DNA of 32,000 bases from the sequence record MK250029.1; one strand, 5' to 3'. Shown piece by piece: positions 1-9,279 of the stretch. The notes below the pieces were generated by a model. The model was not told where the DNA came from and did not search any database. It saw only the letters and a list, made by a program, of their open reading frames with translations. This stretch comes from Prevotella phage Lak-C1. A program made the position numbers and the translations under genes. Position 1 is the first letter of the stretch; each line of letters begins with the position of its first letter.

Positions 1-1
1 T

Positions 2-259
2 ACATTAACACCTACATCTGATTTTGATGGATTTGTTAATAGTGATATTGTAGTTGAAACTTCAGATGGATTATATCTAGCAGAATCATGTGGATTTATG
101 AAGGTGAATTCATTGAATTATGCTATGCATAGAATTACTGTAAGATTTCCATTTATCTCTTATTATGATATAAGAAATAAAGAGGATTTTAATGAAGATT
201 TACTTCGTGATATTCGTAATGAAATTCAGAAAGAATATCAGAAGAGAATTGAAGAGTAA
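2..259 (+). CDS. C-terminal part of a hypothetical phage protein (5' end outside window)
   Basis: Open frame from window start, ...NEDLLRDIRNEIQKEYQKRIEE-TAA; no internal stop. Confidence 0.7.
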   Translation, partial: TLTPTSDFDGFVNSDIVVETSDGLYLAESCGFMKVNSLNYAMHRITVRFPFISYYDIRNKEDFNEDLLRDIRNEIQKEYQKRIEE

Positions 260-400
260 TAATAAACAATAGATATTGTTGGCAACATAGAAAATAATTT
301 TTTGAAATTTTTTCCTAGAATATTTTTTTATTTGGAATAAAACATGTATCTTTGTAATGTAAATAATAAACAAATAATAAACAATTAAAAAATAAAGATT

Positions 401-847
401 ATGAATACAACAGTTAAAATTTCTCCAGCACAGGTTTTCCCAGTAGCTAACAAGATTCGTGCAGCAAAGCACATCTCTATGAAGGAAGCATACGCAGAAG
501 CAAAGGCACAGCTTATTGCAGAAGCAGAGAATGCAGTGAAGACTGCAGAGACAGTAGTTGAAACACCTACTAATGTAGTTGAGACACCAGCTAATATGAA
601 GTTGCATACAGAGTTGGTAGAGAAGATGAAGAACGGAAACGTTAAGTTTGTATTCTTCAATAACAAGGGTAAGAAGATTACAACTACAGGTACTCTTGAT
701 ATGTCAAAGGTTCCTACAAACCGTGAGGTTCAGGGTCGTAAGACTGCGAAGGATGAGAATACTCAGGTATTCTATGATGTTCGACATGGTGTATACCGTT
801 CTTATCAGAAGGATAAGTTGGTAGAGATTATTTCAAAGAAGAAGTAA
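401..847 (+). CDS. Small basic protein, 148 aa, Ala/Glu/Lys-rich N-terminus and C-terminal putative Sm-like SH3-barrel (WYL_2/DUF2693-like) domain
   Basis: ORF MNTTVKISPAQVF...; C-terminal 'VKFVFFNNKGKKITTTGTLDMSKVPTN...VFYDVRHGVYRSYQKDKLVEI' matches the remembered layout of WYL_2/DUF2693 proteins (family call from memory). No in-frame TAG, TAA stop. Confidence 0.85.
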   Translation: MNTTVKISPAQVFPVANKIRAAKHISMKEAYAEAKAQLIAEAENAVKTAETVVETPTNVVETPANMKLHTELVEKMKNGNVKFVFFNNKGKKITTTGTLDMSKVPTNREVQGRKTAKDENTQVFYDVRHGVYRSYQKDKLVEIISKKK

Positions 848-870
848 AATGTCTTATATATGTTAAAGAA

Positions 871-915
871 TAATGGTGAGTTTCTTGTAAGTAGACAATT
901 CACCATTATTCTTAT
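871..915 (+). terminator. Possible weak terminator hairpin after the 401..847 gene
   Basis: TAATGGTGA (871-879) pairs with TCACCATTA (900-908), ~20 nt loop, followed by T/A-rich sequence. Confidence 0.35.
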
Positions 916-1252
916 ATAATATATAAATCAATTCGAATAAATATAGAAGTGATTTTATTTAATATGTGAATTGATAATTTGTGAAACATGTGTCTGACGG
1001 AAAGCACATGTATTTTTCGTGCAATGTTCAATTTTAATTAATTTTAATTTTGATAGGTTAAAGGAGTAAACCTATAAGCGCGGAATAATAAAGTCGTATT
1101 GAAAATCAAATTTTGATTCCATAAAAGTTGGAATATGGTTTTTGAAGGCTAAGATGAAGTTATAAAGAATTTAACATATTATATATGTGATATATGTATA
1201 TGTTATTTCTTTTTCATCGAATAATAAAAAATAACATAGAAACAATTAATTT

Positions 1253-1852
1253 ATGAAGAAAAAAGTGATATTAAAGAAAATTTTATTATTTACGCTATTG
1301 TTTTTATTACCTTTCATATCAATAAATGCTGCAACTATTGATAGTAATAATAATGCGTATGGAGAAGTAAATGCAAAGACAACAGTAGTTAAACATACAA
1401 AGTCTAGTATTGAAAATTCGTTAGTTGATGAGGCTAGAACATATATCAAGTCGTTATATCCTGGTTGTCCAGATATAATTCCTAGTTATATTGTAAAAGC
1501 AGGTTTAGCAAATAATATTGATATTTGTTTTATGCTTGCTCAAACACAGTTAGAAACTACCTTTGGCAAGGCAGGTGTAGGAAGAACGTGTTCAAGACGT
1601 TCATTATTTGGTATCGAGAAAAGATACTATAAAACATATAAAGAAGCGATTAATGCGTATGTAGACGTATTGACTTCAAATTATTTAGTAAATGGCCGTA
1701 CAGAACAACATTTATTAAATAATTATGTTAATAAAAACGGTCATCGTTATGCTGGTAATCCTAAGTATGAATATCAACTTAAGAAACATTATAATACAAT
1801 TGCATCTACAACAAAAATAAAGCAATTGCAACGCCAGTACAAGAGATTATAA
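1253..1852 (+). CDS. Secreted glucosaminidase-like (FlgJ/Bax/LYZ2-type) peptidoglycan hydrolase, 199 aa
   Basis: N-terminal signal peptide MKKKVILKKILLFTLLFLLPFISINAA; 'YIVKAGLANNIDICFMLAQTQLETTFGKAGVGRTCSRRSLFGIEKRYYKTYKEAINAYVDVLTSNYLVNGR...RYAGNPKYEYQLKKHYNTI' resembles the glucosaminidase fold (AQ.xLETxxG...N.LFGI....Y.s..eai..Y...L...Y). TAG-free. Confidence 0.75.
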   Translation: MKKKVILKKILLFTLLFLLPFISINAATIDSNNNAYGEVNAKTTVVKHTKSSIENSLVDEARTYIKSLYPGCPDIIPSYIVKAGLANNIDICFMLAQTQLETTFGKAGVGRTCSRRSLFGIEKRYYKTYKEAINAYVDVLTSNYLVNGRTEQHLLNNYVNKNGHRYAGNPKYEYQLKKHYNTIASTTKIKQLQRQYKRL

Positions 1853-1915
1853 TTTCGAGTAATCTCAAATCTTCTCGCAAATCAATTTATATACATATTA
1901 AATATTAGTTATATT

Positions 1916-1955
1916 ATGGGGATCTATGTTATGTTTACATGGATCCCCATTTTTA
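1916..1955 (+). terminator. Intrinsic terminator hairpin downstream of lysin gene
   Basis: ATGGGGATCTATGT (1916-1929) pairs with ACATGGATCCCCAT (1937-1950, one G-U), then TTTT. Confidence 0.8.
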
Positions 1956-1980
1956 ATAAATATAATAAAGAATTTTTATT
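1951..1980 (+). promoter_or_regulatory. Recurrent AT-rich upstream element (putative phage promoter) before the 1987 gene
   Basis: TTTTAATAAATATAATAAAGAATTTTTATT, same element and spacing as before 2815, 7516, 9280 and 24214(-). Confidence 0.5.
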
Positions 1981-1986
1981 AAACAT

Positions 1987-2604
1987 ATGGCTTTATATTT
2001 AAACAATGCACAATATGGATCAAGTAATCAATCTTCTCAAGATACACTAATACATAGTTATAATAAATCATTTTTTTCTGATTATAATCAAGCAAAGTCA
2101 ATATTATTATAGAAAGTTATGAAACCAGGTGAAGTAACATTTGCATATTATTATGATCCAAAAACACCTTATGGATAGAATACTATTTTTGCAGTTGGAC
2201 CATTATCTGCTGCAGGTTGTAATACTATATTTAAAAATGCTGATGAAATTGACAGTGTAAAAGATGTATTAGATGAAACTATTGCAGATATAAATGCAAG
2301 TGTATCTAATATGGAAACTAAAGTTGATGGAATAATTAAAGAAAAGAATCCATTATTAGAAAAAATAGAGAAAAATATTAATGATATGGATCAATTAAAA
2401 GGAAGCGTAAAAGATATAAATACATCTATATCAAATATTATTAAAAATATTGACAATATTAAAGTACAAACTGATACAACTGGAGGAACTATTATATAGA
2501 ACAAATTTGATCAAATAAGTAGTCAACTTTTAAATATAAGTGAGCACTTATTAAAAATAGATTCGTCTATTAATAATATTGAAACTAAAATTGCTGGAAA
2601 TTAA
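1987..2604 (+). CDS. Fibre paralogue 1, short (205 aa, code 15)
   Basis: MALYLNNAQYGSSNQ...KPGEVTFAYYYDPKTPYGQNTIFAVGPLSAAGCNTIFKNADEI..., then coiled-coil-like Asn/Ile/Lys-rich tail; three in-frame TAGs including 2497-2499; TAA at 2602-2604. Track shows only the 2311..2499 fragment. Confidence 0.85.
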
Positions 2605-2742
2605 ACATATCATGATTAATTATTAAATTTATTTCTATATAAAAATTCATTAAGTTAATAATAAAAATTAAAAAATATATTACAGTATGTAATAAAAGTT
2701 AATTATTAAATTAGATAATTTTATCATTTAAATTATATAATT

Positions 2743-2782
2743 AAGAGAGATACAATTGAGATTTGTATCTCTCTTCTTTTTT
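2743..2782 (+). terminator. Intrinsic terminator
   Basis: AAGAGAGATACAA...TTGTATCTCTCTT (2743-2775) followed by a C-interrupted poly-T tract. Confidence 0.85.
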
Positions 2783-2806
2783 AATAAATATAAAAAGAAT
2801 TTTAAT
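2781..2806 (+). promoter_or_regulatory. Recurrent AT-rich upstream element (putative promoter)
   Basis: TTAATAAATATAAAAAGAATTTTAAT directly after terminator, ~34 nt before ATG 2815. Confidence 0.55.
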
Positions 2807-2814
2807 GAATATAA

Positions 2815-5800
2815 ATGGATAAGAAATGTTCTCAACTCATTATAGGTCAATCAATAATTCATAGTTTTAACCCTAAACCGTTTAAAAATATGGATACTGC
2901 TATTTATGCTCTTAATAACAAAGAATTAAGAGCCGGAGAAATTGCTATAGCATATTATAATGACCCTACTGAAACAAGAGGAATTGGAGCTATTGTAGCA
3001 ACTGGTAATATTCTACCTGGAGGAAATCAAATATTCAAGAATACAGCATATACAGATAAACTTATAAAAAACGTTAAAGAATTAATCGAATCTAATTCAG
3101 TTGATATAAGTGTAATAGAAGAAAACGTAAATAATAATATTGCAGATATTGCTGTTTTAAAAACATAGTTAAAAAAATTAACAGCAGATACAAATAATAA
3201 TAATTCTTCAATAGATGATAAATTAAAAGAAATCAATATCATTATTGATAATATGAAAAAGGATGTTTCAAATATTATCGATAATATTAATAAAATTGTT
3301 GCTGATGCTTCAAAATCTATTGTTGATACAGCAGCTTCTGTTTCCAAAGATTATTTAGCAGCAGATACTTCATTAAAAAACTATGTTGATAATGAAAACA
3401 TAAAAATTAATCAAAAAATTGATAATATTTCATCAAATTTTTATACAAAAGTCGAGGAAATTAGTACCAAAATAAATTCCAATACAAGTATACTTGAAGA
3501 TATTATTTATGATACATCAAGATTAATTTATAATGATATTTCAACATTAAATAATAAGATAAATGTTTATAATACAAGTTTAAATACATCTTTATCATTT
3601 AATGTTTCTACACTTAATTCTCGTATTGATTATAATAAAAATTATGTTGATACACGTGAATCTCTTATTAGAAAATATGTTGATTCTAAAGATGAACAAA
3701 TAAACTGGAATATTAATGATACATCAAAACATATTCATTATCGTATTGATGAAGAAGTTCATAAACTTAATGATAGAATAACACAGGAACATATTGATAT
3801 GAATAGAGTTATTGCTGATAATAAAACAGAAGCAAAGCGCTATGCAGATCAAATGTTAACAGAAGCAAAATCATATACAGATGAAGTAGAAGAATATACT
3901 AAAGCTTCTATTAAACAAGCAGAACTTGATTCAAAGAAATATACAGATGATGAAATATCAAATTTAGATAATGAATTATCAGAATCTATTCATAATACAA
4001 GTTTATATGCAAAAGAATGTTATGATGATGTAAAAAAACATCTTAAATTACAAAATGCATCATTAATTACATATGTAAATGATGAAATCAGAATGTGTGA
4101 TGAACGAGTTACTGATAGAGTAAATGCAGTAAAAACACAAGTAGATTCTACAAAAACTCAGTTGAATACGTCTATTAATAAAGTATATGAAAATGCATTA
4201 AAATATACTAATGATACTAAGAGTGAGATATTAAAACATATATTAATTAATGATATTAAAGTAAGAGAAGATTTTGCAAAAGCTGATGCTGTATTAGATA
4301 AAAAAATTGATGATACTTCTAAATTATTAGGTGATTATGTTGATAATACTTCAAATGCTATTGTTGACCATATTAAAGATACATCAAAGTTAATATGGAA
4401 TTATGTTGATAATACATCTAATGATATTGTTTCATATATTAATAATACGTCTAATGATATTGTAAAATATATTGATAATACATCTGATGCTATTGTTGCA
4501 TATATAGATAAGCAAGATAATGCATAGAAAGATTATACAGATGCAAAGAAAAAAGAAATAATTAATTTTGTTGAAGACCTTTCTAATAATTTTAAAACTT
4601 ATATTGATACCAGAGATAATGCAACATTAAGTGATGCAAAGATTTATACAAATGGAGAAATTCAAAAAGTTAATAATACAATAACAACACTTGATGAAAA
4701 AGTAGAAGATTATAATAGAAATACACATGAATTAATTACAAATGTTTCAAATGGAATTATCAATGATTATAAAACAGAAATTAAAAATGTAATTGATGAT
4801 GTTTCACGTAATGATACATGGTTATATAATCATATTGAGAAATATAATACAGATCTTTCTGGTACAATTAATACTAATAATCAAACAGTAACAAAATTAC
4901 TCAATGACGTTTCTGATGGTCTTTACCAAAAAATTGAGGATACATCAGATTATTTAGAAGGAGTTATTAATGCATTAGAAACAAAACATAATGATGAAGT
5001 AAAGATAACAAATACTTCTATTATGAATTTTGTTAATTCTTATAATTCAAGTACTGCTACTGCTATTAATGCTCTTAATACAAGTATTAATGATTATTGG
5101 AAAAATATAACAGATACAATTAATACAAATTTAGGAAATGTAAGTACAGGTGTTTTAGGAAAGATTAATACTATATAGAAAGATTTATCTACATATATTT
5201 AGACAGCTGAAAGTACATTAAATTCATTATATAAAAATGCAGATTCCAGCCTTCTTGGATATATAAATAATCAAGATACAAAACTTCAAAATAACATTGA
5301 TGATATTTCTACAAAGATTGTTAATAAGTTTAATACTAAATGTGAAGAATTAAGTAATTTAATTAACACTACCACAACTAATTTAAATTCATCAATTAAT
5401 AGTGTTCATGATACATTATTCCAGAAAATAGAAAATACATCTACAAAGATTGTTGATGCATTAAATATATCAATATCTAATATTAATATTAAATTAGGTT
5501 AGGATAAATCTGAATTAATAACAAAGATTGATGATATTTCTACAAAGATTGTTGATGCATTAAATGTTTCTATTAATAGTATTAATAAGTTACTAAAAGA
5601 AAAAGATGTATAGTTAGATGCAAAGATTGATACTACATACACCAAAATTATTGGAGAGATGAATGCATCTGATGGTATTTTAAATAAACGTATAACCGAT
5701 CTTGAAACAAAACATGTTAATGAATTAAAGCAAAAAGAAGAAGATCTTACAACATTAATTACTAACACAAAAACAGAATTATCTGATCAACATACAAGAG

Positions 5801-7428
5801 ATAGAGATGCTATTATTACAAAGTATGATAAATTAACATCTGATAATACTACTGCAATTAATAATGTTAAAAAAGATTTTGAAACTGCAGATGAAGCAAT
5901 TCATACAAAATATGATAAGTTATGTAAAGATAATAAAGATGAGTTAATAAGAAAAATTGATGATATTTCTATAAAGATTGTTAGTGCATTTAATACATCT
6001 ATTAGTAATGTATATGATGAATTAAAGCAAGCAGATAGTAATATAGATATTAAATATAAAGGAATTACAGATGATATTATTAAAGATTTTAATACATCAA
6101 TTGGTAAAGTATACAAAGAATTAAAACAAGCAGATAGTGATTTATTAAAAAAGATTAATGATGCAAGCAATTTAATTCCAAAAGCATAGGATGGTGCTGT
6201 TACAACATATGAAGCATTGAAATATGTATGGAGTGACGGTAATAATGCTTCTGATAAATGTGTTGTAGGTGCAGGATAGACAAATGTTGTTGTAAAAGAT
6301 AATAAAGTTCAATTTGTTTTAGGTGCATGGAATAATGGAACAACAAAGCTTCGTTATACAGAAATTCCAGAAACAACTACAACAAATAACGGTCTTTTAT
6401 CTATTGATTCTAAATAGAAATATGATAATTATGCAAATGAGATTCAAACTATTAATCAAACTATTACTGAAGTTAAATAGAATTTAAGAACAGAAACAAC
6501 TACACGTTAGACTGAAGATAATAAGTTACAAACTAGTATTAATACGATTAATGACAAAACAATTCCAGAATTGCATACAACTATTACAACAGAAGTTAAC
6601 AATAAATATGATCCTAAAATTAGTGAAATTAAAGGTAAAATAACAAGTGAATCTACTACATTACAAGGTAATATAGATAATCTTAAAACAACATTACAAA
6701 CTGATTATGATACTAAATTAAGTGTATTGAATACTTCTATTAATAATAAAGTATATAAAGCATTAAATGATAAAATTACAGATGAAATAAGTACTGTAAA
6801 TACAAATTATAAAGCAGAAGATAAACGTTTACAAGGTGAAATAGATAAGATTAATAATACTACCATTGATAAAAAAGTTAATGATCTTAAAACGACATTA
6901 GAAGGTAAGTATGATCCAGAAATAAAGGCAATTAAACAAACTATTTCTGATAATCAGTCTGATATTATTGATAAAAAGTTACCAAGTTTAAAGAAGGATA
7001 TTGAAACTGTTTATAATAAGAAAATAAATGATGAAACAAATGCACGTAAAGAAACAGATTCATTGTTAAAAACGGATATTGAACTATTAACGAAGTCTGT
7101 TAATACTATAAATAATCTTATAGGAACAGTAGATAAAGATAATAACAAAAATATTATCGAGATGTTTAAAGATGTAAATCAATCTATTACAGATATTAAA
7201 CAATCTATTGCTTAGTTAGATACTCGTATAACATCACTTGAAGCAACAGGTACAACACATCCTGATATTGAAAATAGGCTTAAAGTTCTCGAATCTAAAT
7301 ATAATTAGATAACAACAATGTCTAGTGATATTACTGATATTAAAGCAAAACTTAATAATATCAATGCTGATCACGAAAACTTATATAATGGTGTAAAAAC
7401 TTATAATGAATCATTAAACTATGATTAA
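2815..7428 (+). CDS. Fibre paralogue 2: giant coiled-coil fibre-like protein, 1537 aa (code 15)
   Basis: Track fragments 2815..3168, 3253..4527, 5659..6189 and 6571..7215 are all in one frame; joined by in-frame TAGs at 3166, 4525, 5176, 5200, 5500, 5611, 6187, 6277, 6415, 6478, 6508, 7213 and 7306; TAA at 7426-7428. N-terminus shares 'RAGEIAIAYYNDP...GIGAIVATGNILPGGNQIFKN'. Confidence 0.9.
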
Positions 7429-7436
7429 ATAAATAT

Positions 7437-7481
7437 AATGGTGATATAGAAATGAAAAGCTATATCACCATTTATTGTTTT
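7437..7481 (+). terminator. Intrinsic terminator
   Basis: AATGGTGATATAG (7437-7449) pairs with CTATATCACCATT (7460-7472), then TTATTGTTTTT. Confidence 0.8.
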
Positions 7482-7510
7482 TAGATAAATATAAAAAATA
7501 TAGATTTTAA
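7481..7510 (+). promoter_or_regulatory. Recurrent AT-rich upstream element (putative promoter)
   Basis: TTAGATAAATATAAAAAATATAGATTTTAA, ~33 nt before ATG 7516. Confidence 0.5.
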
Positions 7511-7515
7511 TATAT

Positions 7516-9180
7516 ATGAATGTTTATGATTTACCTCCTCGCAGACCAGGAGTAAACACATGTCACCCATGTCCACCTCCACCACCAATGCCTCCACATT
7601 GTGGTCCTCATCATGGTCCATGTCATGATCCATTCCATGATCCTTGTTGTGAACCTCCACATCATTGTCATCCACCATATTAGATAATTAATCATTATAA
7701 TAAAGTATGTTTTAAAAATTATGATGAAGCAGTTAGTAAATTAAAAGTAAAGAATTTACTTCCTGGTGAAATGGCATTTGCTTATTATTTTGATAAAACA
7801 GCAGATTATGGAATTAATGCTATTGCTGCAGTTGGCTCAATTAAATTAGGTGGAACAAATATTATCTATGATAATGCAGATAAAGTTCAACAACTTATGG
7901 ATAAATTATAGGATACAGTTTCTGCAAATAATGAGAAATTTGATTCTATTAAAACCAAATTAGATATGTTGGATGATATTTCTACAAAATTAGATAATAT
8001 CATTAAAAATGATTCATCTAATTCATCTGCTATTACAGGTTCGCTTGATAACATTAAAAAAGATATAGAAAATCTTAAAGATTCTGATACTTCTATATTC
8101 GAAAGACTTGATACTATTGATTCTCAAGTAAACCAGATTGGCGAATATTTAGAAACTCATGAAGAATTTGCACAGGCATTGGATGCATCTGTAAAGAAAC
8201 TTCGTGATGATGTAGATAATCTCGGACTTGATGGAAAACTTAATGAGTTAGATTAGAAGATTGAGCAAACAAAGCAAGACATCCTTACATAGGCTACAGC
8301 AGATCATGCTAAACTTAAATCAGACTTTGAAAAGCAAATCAATGATTTATCTACTAATTACTCAAGTAGTCTTGACGATCTTAAAGTTGCAATCACTGCA
8401 GAAATTGAAGCTGCAACAACTCCTTTAAAAAATGATATTTATGATTTATAGGTAAAAGACGGTGTATTAGATAAGAAAATTGATGATACAAAAGTTGAAG
8501 CTGTTACAGAATCTAAACAATATACAGATCAAAAAATTGAAGCTACAATGCAAGATATTAATACTTCATTAACAAAAATGAAGAATGATATTCATGATTT
8601 ATCAGATCTTATTACAGAATCAAAAACTAATGCAACTACTGCACATCAAGAATTAAAAAATTATATTGATGAAATTAAAGCAAATATTACCAGTGAAAAT
8701 ACAACATTTAAAGGTGAGGTTACTGCAGAACTTAATTCTCAAAAGCAATATTTGAAAGATTCCATAGAAGGATTTAAGAGTGAATATACTGTATCAACAA
8801 ATGATTCTATATAGAGAGAATGTGGAAAAGTATAGGCAAAACTTGAAGAGTTTATTAATACAGCAAATACAAAATATTCTGCAATTGAAGCAAAAATTTC
8901 AACGATTAACCAAAATTTTGATTCATATAAAACAGAAGTAAACGGTCAAGTTGATAATAAGATTGCTAAGTTAAATACAGATATGAGAAACTATCTTGAT
9001 GATGCAATTTCTAAGGATAGAATTCATTATGATGAAATATATGCACGTAAAGATGAAATGCATAAACAAATAAGTGGTGGTAAAGGTATTGTTATTGAAA
9101 ATGGAGTAGCAAACCTTACTATTGATGATAATGGTATTTTAACAATTGGTGGTAAACGTTATCAGTTAACACAGATTTAA
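7516..9180 (+). CDS. Fibre paralogue 3 with His/Cys/Pro-rich N-terminus, 554 aa (code 15)
   Basis: MNVYDLPPRRPGVNTCHPCPPPPPMPPHCGPHHGPCHDPFHDPCCEPPHHCHPPY-Q-IINHY...LPGEMAFAYYFDKTADYGINAIAAVGSIKLGGTNIIYDNAD...; in-frame TAGs 7681, 7909, 8254, 8290, 8449, 8812 and 8833; TAA 9178-9180. Confidence 0.88.
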
Positions 9181-9203
9181 TATTTTATTAAATAAACAAT
9201 TAT

Positions 9204-9240
9204 AAAGAGACTATTTTTCACGAATAGTCTCTTTCTTTTT
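9204..9240 (+). terminator. Intrinsic terminator
   Basis: AAAGAGACTATT (9204-9215) pairs with AATAGTCTCTTT (9223-9234), then CTTTTT. Confidence 0.85.
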
Positions 9241-9268
9241 AATAATAAATATAAAAAGAAATTTTAAA
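9239..9268 (+). promoter_or_regulatory. Recurrent AT-rich upstream element (putative promoter)
   Basis: TTAATAATAAATATAAAAAGAAATTTTAAA, ~39 nt before ATG 9280. Confidence 0.55.
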
Positions 9269-9279
9269 CAAATATAAAC

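Noticed and set aside
200-607. Minus-strand Cys-rich ORF MQLHISWCLNYISRCFNYCLCSLHC...
   Set aside because: Antisense artefact of the Ala/Glu-rich coding sequence 401..847 (GCA/GCT read backwards as TGC/AGC).
4336-4500. CRISPR-like or DNA-level direct repeat array
   Set aside because: Repeats are coding, immediately contiguous, in-frame and degenerate at nucleotide level; there are no spacers or leader.
2815-7428. Interpretation as many degraded pseudogene fragments
   Set aside because: Interruptions are exclusively TAG, never TAA/TGA or frameshift, and occur in the same way in ten different genes; reassignment explains this, decay does not.
7481-7678. Plus-strand ORF MVDDNDVEVHNKDHGMDHDMDHDEDH... 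listed on the minus strand
   Set aside because: Antisense of the His/Cys/Pro-rich N-terminus of the 7516 gene; the sense frame continues through TAG into a long conserved frame.
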